Origin: Candidatus Latescibacterota bacterium
Lineage (GTDB): Bacteria; Latescibacterota; UBA2968; UBA8231
Direction of reading: 5' to 3'
NCBI GenBank assembly: GCA_965203355.1
Contig: OZ241889.1
Coordinates: 1,952,001 to 2,016,000 of the forward strand
DNA: 64,000 nucleotides
Shown here: in pieces, positions 56,047 through 64,000 of the stretch
Layout: each line of letters begins with the position of its first letter
Position numbering within the stretch: position 1 is the stretch's first letter
Notes under the pieces: generated by a model
Database searches by the model: none
What the model was told of the DNA's origin: nothing
Seen by the model: the letters and a program-made list of their open reading frames with translations, nothing else
Translations under genes and position numbers: made by a program

Positions 56047-57096
56047 ATGAAACGGCACATTGCGCTCGGATTCATACTGGCTATCGGCTGGATGGGGTGT
56101 GGCGGATCGGGACAAAGCGGCTCCACGTTTACCCAGCAGATTGCCAAGGAAGAGAAGGGAAGCGTGGTATTCCTCAAGGTCTCTACCAATGAGGGAGAAG
56201 GCCTGGGGAGCGGAATCATTGTTAAGTCAACGGGCCAAATTCTCACGGCGCACCATGTGATCAAGGGGATCAAAGAAGGATGGGCCAAGCCCTTCAAAGG
56301 GGCTTGGATGCCGATTACGGGTGTTGTCGCCCAAGACGAACTCAAGGATCTGGCGGTGATAAACGTCGATCCGGGCAACCAATTCCTACAGCAGTCTAGG
56401 CTTGGATCGGGAGAGTATATAAGTTCGGGCGATCCCGTAGTGGCAATAGGCAACCCGTTGGGGCTAGAGTACTCGGTTACCGAAGGAATTATCTCCGAGG
56501 TTCGCACTACCCCGGAGGGGCTCAGGCTGATTCAGACGGATGCTGCCGTATCGCCGGGCAATAGCGGCGGCCCCTTATTCGACCAGAACGGGGAGGTCAT
56601 TGGTGTGGTAAGTTTTAATCTAAGCTCTAGCCGCGACGAGGGGCAGAATCTCAATTTTGCGGTCTCAATTGATGAAGCTAGACCCCTGTTGGGGCTCCCC
56701 TCGGACCAATTTGAACCTGTTCGGGTAGGAGTCCCGCCACCGGAGACTAGGTCGCAGGCCTCCTTTCGTTACGTGGGGATTGTACGCATCGTCTGTATTT
56801 TGGTATTTTCTGTAACCTTATATCTCTTTTCGGCCTACATAGTCTTTAGCGGGCTCATCAAGAACCGAGACAAGCACCCGGCCACGGCTTTTGGCATATC
56901 CGCCCTCTTATCGTGGGGGGGCTTTGCGTTGATTGCCGCCTTTGTGTTGAGTGGCCTTTTTGATTTTTTAATGGGCTGGGTGTCAGATTCGCAAATTGAA
57001 TGGAGAATCTTCATCGCCGGACTGGTGTTCGCACTTTTCATCGTGGTGATAGTAAGACTTGTTTCCCGGCCATCGACCGTTAAAGATTCAGAATGA
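56047..57096 (+). CDS. Trypsin-like (S1C) serine protease lipoprotein with three C-terminal TMs, no PDZ
   Basis: Lipobox WMGC; GSG, TAHHV, DLA, AIGNPLG, IQTDAAVSPGNSGGPL; three hydrophobic helices at the C-terminus. Confidence 0.9.
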   Translation: MKRHIALGFILAIGWMGCGGSGQSGSTFTQQIAKEEKGSVVFLKVSTNEGEGLGSGIIVKSTGQILTAHHVIKGIKEGWAKPFKGAWMPITGVVAQDELKDLAVINVDPGNQFLQQSRLGSGEYISSGDPVVAIGNPLGLEYSVTEGIISEVRTTPEGLRLIQTDAAVSPGNSGGPLFDQNGEVIGVVSFNLSSSRDEGQNLNFAVSIDEARPLLGLPSDQFEPVRVGVPPPETRSQASFRYVGIVRIVCILVFSVTLYLFSAYIVFSGLIKNRDKHPATAFGISALLSWGGFALIAAFVLSGLFDFLMGWVSDSQIEWRIFIAGLVFALFIVVIVRLVSRPSTVKDSE

Positions 57097-57187
57097 GAGA
57101 CGACCGCCGGAGACTTCGACCTGAGCGCGGCCGAAGATTTTCAGGCCACATCTAATACCCGTTGGAGCAAAATTGAAGGAGAACGCT

Positions 57188-60100
57188 ATGCCTGAAGTCA
57201 GTACTCTATTTCAAGCAAAAGAAGACAAGAAAAAGATCAATATCCGTCCCACGCTTTTGATTGGTTTGGGCGGCACGGGAAAGGAAGTACTGCGGCGACT
57301 GCGGCGGATGTTCTACGAGAAGTACAGAGTCGTGGGTTTACCCGTCATGGAGTACCTATGGTTCGATACTGATATCCGCAATGAGTCTCTGAGTGGGGAG
57401 GCTCCAGACGAGTTAGACAAACGCATTGACCTTGCTACTTCACAGAAGATTGATGGGCGGATTCAGCCTGAGGAGTTGGCTGGATACCGACGTAACAAGA
57501 ATGCCTATCCGCATATATGGGAATGGTTGCCCAGCCAACTAGACGCGCTACCCGACAATGCCATCACACAAGGGGCCGGGCAGATCCGTTCCTTCGGACG
57601 GTTGGCTTTCTTCCACCATTATGCAAAAATTCGCAACGCCATCAGCACATTGGGGGAAAATGTCCGTGCCGGAGAGGCCGTCGAGGCCATGAACCGCCAT
57701 TACCCTGATTATGAGGTGGATACTACCACCTTGGAGATCATTACTGTGTCTTCCCTCGGTGGTGGAACGGGGTCTGGTTGCTTTATCGACATCGGATTTC
57801 TATGTCGTTCTTTGTTCTCGGCTTCTACGCGCACGACTTTTCTTGCCATGCCCACGGTTTTCGACGGGGTGGTGGGTCCCACAGGGGTAGAGGCCGTCCA
57901 TGCCAACGGCTTCGCCGCGCTCAAGGAACTCGAGTACTTCATGCAGCCCCGGTTCAACACAGACGAGGAGACAAGTGAGTACTCTACTCACCGATTTAAT
58001 TGGGATGGAACTACACAGGACGTGCCAGCTCCGCCTTTTTCTACGGTCTATATGCTCGACAAGAAGAATAGGGCTGGAGAACACATTGATGAATTCACCG
58101 ATACATTCCAGATGATTGCTGAGTTTCTGCTGCTGGATTTCGACAAGACCGGATTCGCTACTCAAAAGCGCAGCGTACGTTCCAATATGGAGCAGTACCT
58201 ACAGAACGTGACCACCTTCCGCAGCGGAGAATATGTCCAGTATTTTCCATGCCGATACGCATCTTTTGGACTCTCCCAGATTGAATTGAATCAGCCTCGT
58301 CTGGCCAATGCGGCTGCCAACCGTTGTGCTCAGTATCTGGTAGAACTCATCATAGCCAAGGACAACAGAATCCCCCAAGGTTATGATGATGCCGATGTCA
58401 AGCCCCGCATGGAGCAAATGGGCCTGACTAAGGAACTCTTTTTGCAACGCTGCCTGGTCAAGCCAGGAAAGGATTTCACCTTGATTGACGAGGTCGTCAA
58501 CGAGTTGATCGAACCGGAGTTTAATAAGTTGCGGGACGAGCTGTACGCGGCACCGGTAGTAGAGGACCAAAAGGTTTTGGAGCACCAAGTGGAACAAACG
58601 CGGCAGCAGGTGGATGAATTGGTCCGCCAAGTACGGGAACGAGTAGGGGAAAGACTGTTGCAGCAAGGGACCAGAAAGGGTGATGGTGTGACGCAGATTT
58701 TGGAAAATATCGGCGAGAACCGTCCTATGCTCGAAAAGCGAGTAGAGGATGAATGCCTGAGATTGCTGTGCGACCCCTTGGAGTTTGGCCCCAAATTCAT
58801 GGTTGAGTGGCTGAAGATCGCCGTCCCTGCACTGGAGCGAGTCAAAGAGGAATTGCAGGCCATGGAGAATCGGCACATAGAAGCTCCAGAGGCTCCGCCG
58901 ATCAAAATCGAATTTTCCGACGAGTACAATAAGTACGAGGCTCTCCTACGAGCGGCTCGGCAGGAGATGCCCTTTGCCTTCTTAACGAAACGCATTGCTA
59001 TCAACCATTACCAAGAACGCAAACGGAAGTCTTTTAATCAGAATGCCCAACTCATCACCCGTAATCTGGTGGAGCAGGTAGAGGCCGTCAGGGACCAACT
59101 CAAGCAATGGGTCACCGATCGCTATGAGCAGGAGGCAGCCCGCCGGCTGCTCAATCCCAATTCCGGGAGACATAAGCAGGAAAAGGGCCTGCTTGACAAT
59201 ATAATCGGTTTTGTTGGCCAACAGACCGAAGTCCGGGGTGCCGATGGCGAGCTTCAGGTGGAACTCAGTGGTTTGCTAGCCAAGGTGGAGAAGTTTCAAG
59301 AGCATCTTCAAGAGATGGCTAACCGCTTTAAGGGCTTCCATCGTTCTTATAGCAAACGGGAGTCTCGTGTTCGCAATCTTAATCTCATGCCTAAACTTAA
59401 CTACCGCGAGGAAATAGAGACGTACCTGCGCGAGAAAAAAGGACGGACAGGTGCCGGTTTCAATGAAGTTTTGCAAGGTGTTTTGGGGATGTATTTCCTC
59501 TCGGAAGAGGCCCAGTCGCTGTTTGCTGAATACGCTACTCGCGAAGGGAACGAGATCGATGCCATACGCGATTGTACCCGCATTATCTTCGATCGCTCTG
59601 CTAATAGGGATAATATATCTCGTGCTTGGGAAGAGGTAGAGGATTCATTGAGTAAGTTCGCGTTTGGCCTATTTAAGGAGTTCTATGCTGATAGAAACGC
59701 CGTTCAAGAGGTGCAAAACCAGAACTATAATGAGAAAGATGAGATCCAAAAAAGATCAAGGCTGGCCGAACCCCGGATGTCCGAGTCAACACCACGTTTC
59801 TTGGGTATGGATCCTCATATTCAGATAACAATAGGACATCCTCCAGGTGAAGACAGATGGGAAACGCTAATCAAACAAAACGTGCAAGACCCTCAACCGG
59901 AGAACCACGCTCCCGATTCGGTTATATTTGTTAGCCAATGGATGGCCTTTCCTTTATTCGCTATCGACAATTTGCGGCAACTACACGAAGCATATGAAAA
60001 AAACCTTATGACGCCACAAAATGTATACCGTCGGTATACGACCAAGGACTATATCAAATACCCGGAGATTCTACCGCCTAAAGACGACTACGAAGCGCGA

Positions 60101-60637
60101 AAGCTAGTGGATGCCTTACAGCCACTCATTGATGGTATCCTACTCGGGATAGTGATTTATGACGACGACCGAGGATTCTACCGAACCTACCGCGCACAGG
60201 GCCGAAGGCACGAAGACCATTACGGACTAGATCTCGAGGGGGCACGCCGGACTTTGGCCCGAGACCAGAATATACGAGATCGGCTGCGCCAAGAGGTACA
60301 AAACATTAAGGATAACTGGCAATTGAATGGCAATAACCTCGCTTTTAAGCAGTACTTGGCCCTCCGAAGCCATATAATGGATAAGGTGTATCCCTCTAAC
60401 AAAGTTATGATGCGCGGCGAGCGTGCGAAGGCGGATGGCTTATTCCACGACCTGCTCGGGAAGGCTTTCGAAGAGGCTTTCAAGGATGTGCGAGAGTGCT
60501 TGGGCATCAGTACCCGCGAGTTGGACGATCTTGTAGAGCAATACCTGAATGACAAAGATAATTTTGCCAAACGCCTGGACTATCGCGATCCGCACTGCAA
60601 AGACGCCATATATGTGATGACGGCTACCGATGTTTAG
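57188..60637 (+). CDS. Large tubulin/FtsZ-like GTPase (Tubulin_2 / FtsZl1 type) with long helical C-terminus
   Basis: GAAGGAG RBS; IGLGGTG, GAGQIRSFGRL, SLGGGTGSG signature, ANGFAALKEL; then about 750 aa of helical/coiled-coil sequence. Confidence 0.9.
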   Translation: MPEVSTLFQAKEDKKKINIRPTLLIGLGGTGKEVLRRLRRMFYEKYRVVGLPVMEYLWFDTDIRNESLSGEAPDELDKRIDLATSQKIDGRIQPEELAGYRRNKNAYPHIWEWLPSQLDALPDNAITQGAGQIRSFGRLAFFHHYAKIRNAISTLGENVRAGEAVEAMNRHYPDYEVDTTTLEIITVSSLGGGTGSGCFIDIGFLCRSLFSASTRTTFLAMPTVFDGVVGPTGVEAVHANGFAALKELEYFMQPRFNTDEETSEYSTHRFNWDGTTQDVPAPPFSTVYMLDKKNRAGEHIDEFTDTFQMIAEFLLLDFDKTGFATQKRSVRSNMEQYLQNVTTFRSGEYVQYFPCRYASFGLSQIELNQPRLANAAANRCAQYLVELIIAKDNRIPQGYDDADVKPRMEQMGLTKELFLQRCLVKPGKDFTLIDEVVNELIEPEFNKLRDELYAAPVVEDQKVLEHQVEQTRQQVDELVRQVRERVGERLLQQGTRKGDGVTQILENIGENRPMLEKRVEDECLRLLCDPLEFGPKFMVEWLKIAVPALERVKEELQAMENRHIEAPEAPPIKIEFSDEYNKYEALLRAARQEMPFAFLTKRIAINHYQERKRKSFNQNAQLITRNLVEQVEAVRDQLKQWVTDRYEQEAARRLLNPNSGRHKQEKGLLDNIIGFVGQQTEVRGADGELQVELSGLLAKVEKFQEHLQEMANRFKGFHRSYSKRESRVRNLNLMPKLNYREEIETYLREKKGRTGAGFNEVLQGVLGMYFLSEEAQSLFAEYATREGNEIDAIRDCTRIIFDRSANRDNISRAWEEVEDSLSKFAFGLFKEFYADRNAVQEVQNQNYNEKDEIQKRSRLAEPRMSESTPRFLGMDPHIQITIGHPPGEDRWETLIKQNVQDPQPENHAPDSVIFVSQWMAFPLFAIDNLRQLHEAYEKNLMTPQNVYRRYTTKDYIKYPEILPPKDDYEARKLVDALQPLIDGILLGIVIYDDDRGFYRTYRAQGRRHEDHYGLDLEGARRTLARDQNIRDRLRQEVQNIKDNWQLNGNNLAFKQYLALRSHIMDKVYPSNKVMMRGERAKADGLFHDLLGKAFEEAFKDVRECLGISTRELDDLVEQYLNDKDNFAKRLDYRDPHCKDAIYVMTATDV

Positions 60638-63600
60638 GGAAGTGAGTCAAGAGTGGGCCGACAAGGTGATGGGTGCTTGTCCTGTTTGTCAGTGGCCTTA
60701 TGGCAGTCGAATCATCTTTTGCAGCAGTTGCGGGATTCAACTTGCCCGTCTAAAGGTATCTCCCAAGCCCGGTGAGTCGTTGACGCTTTTCGCAGGCTTT
60801 CCAGTCATCATGCGGTTCGAGAATACCGGGAAAATACCGGTGAAACTGGAACGTCTCGACGGAGTGGAATGGGGAGAATGGGTTTCGGAAACGGATTGGC
60901 CAGTCTCCTTGGGGCCAGAGGAAAAAATAGAAATACGCCGGCAGCATACCGGGCGTCTCGGTCAACGGGGACGGTTGACCCTGCACTCCACGGTGCCACC
61001 GATCTTATTTTCTTACCGAGTCCAAAAAGCTCCCCGAATCTGGCTGACTGACGAGCAGGGGCGGGAGTTTGCCCAAGGTACTGATGGTGCCCAGTTGTGG
61101 CCGGTAAATCGGGAAGCCCAAAGGCACGATTTAGTCCTTCACACCACAAGCGAAGTGGTTTTGGAAAAGCCTCCCCGTCTGGCCAAGGGAAATCAGGTGG
61201 TGAGTATAATGCCGGTGGAAGAGGTAAGCTATCCTTTCCGCTTAGGGCCAGATAATTCCCTTTCGATAAGGCTTACCCAAGATCAGCCGCTGTCTGAAGA
61301 AGATCATTCAGTACATCTCGTTTTCCCAATCCAGAACATAGGTGATGTCGATTTTCATCTCAATCTAAAGCACAGTCTTCGGCCAGTGATCAAGGTGGAG
61401 TTCAATCCGCTGAGTTTCACCGGTGATAATGCACTTATCAGTGGAAGCCGAAAACAGAAGAATGTGAGTACTACCATTACGCACTTACGGGGCGCACCAC
61501 TACGCATAAATATCGTGACTAGCGATACGTCTTGGTTGCAGGTCGTCGACACGAAAGAGACCCCGATTACCCTGAACTCTCAGAATTCAACGGCGGGAAC
61601 CGATGAGAAAAGTATGCTGGATCTCCAGTTGCAAATAAAGACTATCGACATCCCCCGGGTAACAGAATCAAAGCATTTTAGACCCGAGATCATTGTCAAG
61701 GGGGAGGCTATAAGCGAGGAAGATTCGGCGTTCGAAGATAGGTATTCTCTCTCTGTCGAAGTAAGACCGCCCAAAAAGTTAGACTATCCTATTGGCATAG
61801 ATTTTGGGACGACCAATTCCTGCTTGGCCTATTATGATGAAGATGAAGAAATAATCTTGGCAAAACTCGAGCTGAGTGAATCTCGTGACGAAGTGCCGAC
61901 TGTTTTTCAGTTTCTGGCAATAAATGATAAAACGGAACGGTTGGAATTTTCCAAACCTCTGGCTCCTAATGAGCATCACTTGATGGCGACCGAGAACAAA
62001 GAAGCCATCATGCGCTTTGGGCGTCAGCCATTTCAGCAGATTAACGATCATTCTATGAGCAGTATCTGTTGGAATTTCAAATATGCTCTCAGTCAACCCA
62101 ACGATCGGAATATCTATATTTCTACCGGGATGTCGGAAGGTATCTTGATCAACGGACATCCCCCCATCAATAGGCGGGACATTAGTCTGACTCCGGTGGA
62201 CCAAGTAGCTATTTATCTTCGATTTATGGTAGAACACTTCATTGGAGAATCCAGGTATTTGCCTAGCGAGTGTGTGCTGACTTATCCGGCGGTATTCAAT
62301 CGCCAAAAACAGGCTCTGCAAGACGCCGCCGAAAAGGCCTTGCAGGATCGCGATATTAAGTTTCACTTGGCCATTAGTGAACCTGAAGCTGTTGCGGTGT
62401 ATTATGCGTGGAAGCAGCTTGAAGAAGAAGATGGTGATATAGGTGAGATCATTGGGGTATTCGACTGTGGTGGGGGAACGACCGATATGTCCATCGTCCG
62501 TTATACTGATGATGGCAATGGAGCGCAGATGGAGATTCTCGGTTCCGATGGCGACAACCAGCTGGGAGGAAACCTGCTGACATTTCACTTGGCTAAATAC
62601 TTCTACGAGCAACTCGTCCCTGAGCAGCACCGCAGTCGCTATCCCTTTGCAAAAGATCTACGTGATGGCTTACGGACACAAGATTCCATTGTGAAAAAGA
62701 ACTTTCTGTATCTTTATGATTTAGCTGAGGAGATCAAGAAAAACAGCAAGACCTATGAGAGATTCGATGAATGTTTTTCCCAAGCTCGCTACAAGGAACT
62801 GAACCAGACAAAAGATAAGGGGGTGCTGGACCTGCTAGACAGTGACAAAAAACTGAATTGGCCCAGGATTGAGTTGGTAGGCCGGGAAGAGGGCGATGAG
62901 TTTCTCGCGGGAGGATTAAAGCGCAGCATAAACGGCGAGAGCTTGCCAGAGGAACTTAGCTCTATGGATTATCAAGCTATTCGCTCTGTGCTCAGCGAAC
63001 AATTGAAACAGGGTTTCGAAAAACTAGCTATGATGCAGAAGGAGCTTTACGACCGAAAGATTATATCGGAGCGCAGGCTGGACCAGCTGATCTTGGCTGG
63101 TAATTCGTCTAAACTGCCGATTGTGAAAGAGGTCGCCCGGGAGATGATAGAAGCTAAAAAGTTCTCGGACTCTGCTCTTTCTTCAGAGGCGGGCTCCAAT
63201 GATGGCTTGAAGGCGAGCGTGGCTTCGGGAGCGACTATTTACAGCAGGTCTCAACGTGATCCAGAGTCCAGACTCCGAGTCCTTGGGATAAACAAGCTAA
63301 ATTATCCGATAGGTTCCCACAGTCCAATGCGAGGTTTCAGCCCCATTTTCGACCGTTGGATTTCCCTAAGTGAGGGGGAGGTACATTCCTATGCGAGCAA
63401 GGTTTTCTCCAAGGATCGACTTTCTCATATATTACTGTACGAATTTTTCGATTGGAACTATAAAAATCGGAAAGTAAAGCCACGTAAAGTAGCGGATATT
63501 CCCATGCCGGTAAAGGACGGAGCTTTTAACCAGGTCTCTTATTGGCAGTACAAGCTTGAGCTTCGAGGCGACAAAGACAATATCGGTCGGCTCTATTATA

Positions 63601-63689
63601 ATTTCGCGGCAGGACAGGAAGAGGATGGGAGTGATTTTGAAGAAGTCTATGATGAATACCTGGAGTGTGAGGATTTTAGTTATAGTTGA
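60630..63689 (+). CDS. Atypical Hsp70-family ATPase with N-terminal double Zn-ribbon and Ig-like domains
   Basis: CPVC...CSSC; beta-rich segment; IGIDFGTTNS, TYPAVF, SEPEAVA, FDCGGGTTD, LGG, AEEIK, LAGNSSKLP, VASGA. Confidence 0.88.
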   Translation: MFREVSQEWADKVMGACPVCQWPYGSRIIFCSSCGIQLARLKVSPKPGESLTLFAGFPVIMRFENTGKIPVKLERLDGVEWGEWVSETDWPVSLGPEEKIEIRRQHTGRLGQRGRLTLHSTVPPILFSYRVQKAPRIWLTDEQGREFAQGTDGAQLWPVNREAQRHDLVLHTTSEVVLEKPPRLAKGNQVVSIMPVEEVSYPFRLGPDNSLSIRLTQDQPLSEEDHSVHLVFPIQNIGDVDFHLNLKHSLRPVIKVEFNPLSFTGDNALISGSRKQKNVSTTITHLRGAPLRINIVTSDTSWLQVVDTKETPITLNSQNSTAGTDEKSMLDLQLQIKTIDIPRVTESKHFRPEIIVKGEAISEEDSAFEDRYSLSVEVRPPKKLDYPIGIDFGTTNSCLAYYDEDEEIILAKLELSESRDEVPTVFQFLAINDKTERLEFSKPLAPNEHHLMATENKEAIMRFGRQPFQQINDHSMSSICWNFKYALSQPNDRNIYISTGMSEGILINGHPPINRRDISLTPVDQVAIYLRFMVEHFIGESRYLPSECVLTYPAVFNRQKQALQDAAEKALQDRDIKFHLAISEPEAVAVYYAWKQLEEEDGDIGEIIGVFDCGGGTTDMSIVRYTDDGNGAQMEILGSDGDNQLGGNLLTFHLAKYFYEQLVPEQHRSRYPFAKDLRDGLRTQDSIVKKNFLYLYDLAEEIKKNSKTYERFDECFSQARYKELNQTKDKGVLDLLDSDKKLNWPRIELVGREEGDEFLAGGLKRSINGESLPEELSSMDYQAIRSVLSEQLKQGFEKLAMMQKELYDRKIISERRLDQLILAGNSSKLPIVKEVAREMIEAKKFSDSALSSEAGSNDGLKASVASGATIYSRSQRDPESRLRVLGINKLNYPIGSHSPMRGFSPIFDRWISLSEGEVHSYASKVFSKDRLSHILLYEFFDWNYKNRKVKPRKVADIPMPVKDGAFNQVSYWQYKLELRGDKDNIGRLYYNFAAGQEEDGSDFEEVYDEYLECEDFSYS

Positions 63690-63768
63690 ATGCTTTGTCG
63701 TAATGTATCTGAGTGAGTAATACATAGAAAGATAAAGACCTAAAAAAACGAAACCGAGTGAGATAGCT

Positions 63769-64000
63769 ATGGCAGAATTCCAAGAAAAAGTTGACGCCCT
63801 AGGCAACGAAACTGCCCACTGGGAAAAAGAGCTCCAAGCTCTGCAGGAAATAGTATCCAAGACAAAACAGATCCGTGAAGAACTACACAAAAGAGATCTC
63901 AGCGATCTTGGCTTCGCGCAGACCCTTGATATAGCCAAGTGCTTCGATGGAGTGGAAGAGACCGTTGTGAAGAGGATAGGCGGGTTCTTATATCATATGA
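63769..64000 (+). CDS. Coiled-coil protein, N-terminal part (runs off the right edge)
   Basis: Not in the ORF track. Manual translation MAEFQEKVDALGNETAHWEKELQALQEIVSKTKQIREELHKRDLSDLGF... stays open to the window end. Confidence 0.65.
   Translation, partial: MAEFQEKVDALGNETAHWEKELQALQEIVSKTKQIREELHKRDLSDLGFAQTLDIAKCFDGVEETVVKRIGGFLYHM

Noticed and set aside
57188-60637. Calling this gene ftsZ or btubA/B
   Set aside because: About 1150 aa, Tubulin_2-type GAGQ.R..GR motif, and no dcw cluster context.
60630-63689. Calling this gene dnaK
   Set aside because: Long N-terminal extension, no canonical linker, SBD or lid, and no dnaJ nearby.

Overview
A GC-rich bacterial window, about 52.6 kb of host-like DNA followed by a visibly AT-richer island. 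Gene style (C-terminal 'TAVE..SWGxVK' motif, FlgD-Ig cargo, PorV-like barrel, many TPR/NHL/FG-GAP proteins) suggests a Latescibacterota-like or other FCB-adjacent diderm; this is inference only. Five blocks: (1) 1-8.3 kb, TPR, FG-GAP/CRTAC1, HEAT, DUF4159-like and CBM9-like exported proteins; (2) 8.5-29.4 kb, a long + strand envelope operon with two paralogous ~980-aa predicted outer-membrane proteins, paralogous lipoproteins, a discoidin/FlgD-Ig protein, a PorV-like barrel, a 1090-aa TPR protein, ExbB-ExbD-ExbD without TonB, a PpiC foldase and an OPT-like transporter; (3) 29.4-39.3 kb, an NHL lipoprotein pair, a second OPT-related membrane protein, an alpha-carbonic anhydrase and a degenerate M28/PA-FtsX fusion; (4) 39.3-45.7 kb, a minus-strand defence islet (truncated regulator, radC, type III mod, res, PIN toxin), followed by metabolic genes to 52.6 kb; (5) 52.6-64 kb, an island with a direct-repeat/poly-C leader and an operon of Zn-ribbon propeller, vWA membrane protein, membrane trypsin, large tubulin-like GTPase and Zn-ribbon/Hsp70. 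Best candidates for undescribed systems: a type III Res subunit ending in a VapB-like '...RDEGRR' tail translationally coupled to a VapC toxin (possible guarded restriction), and the TonB-less ExbBD/dual-OMP/PorV envelope machine. All family calls come from motif recognition by eye; no searches were run.
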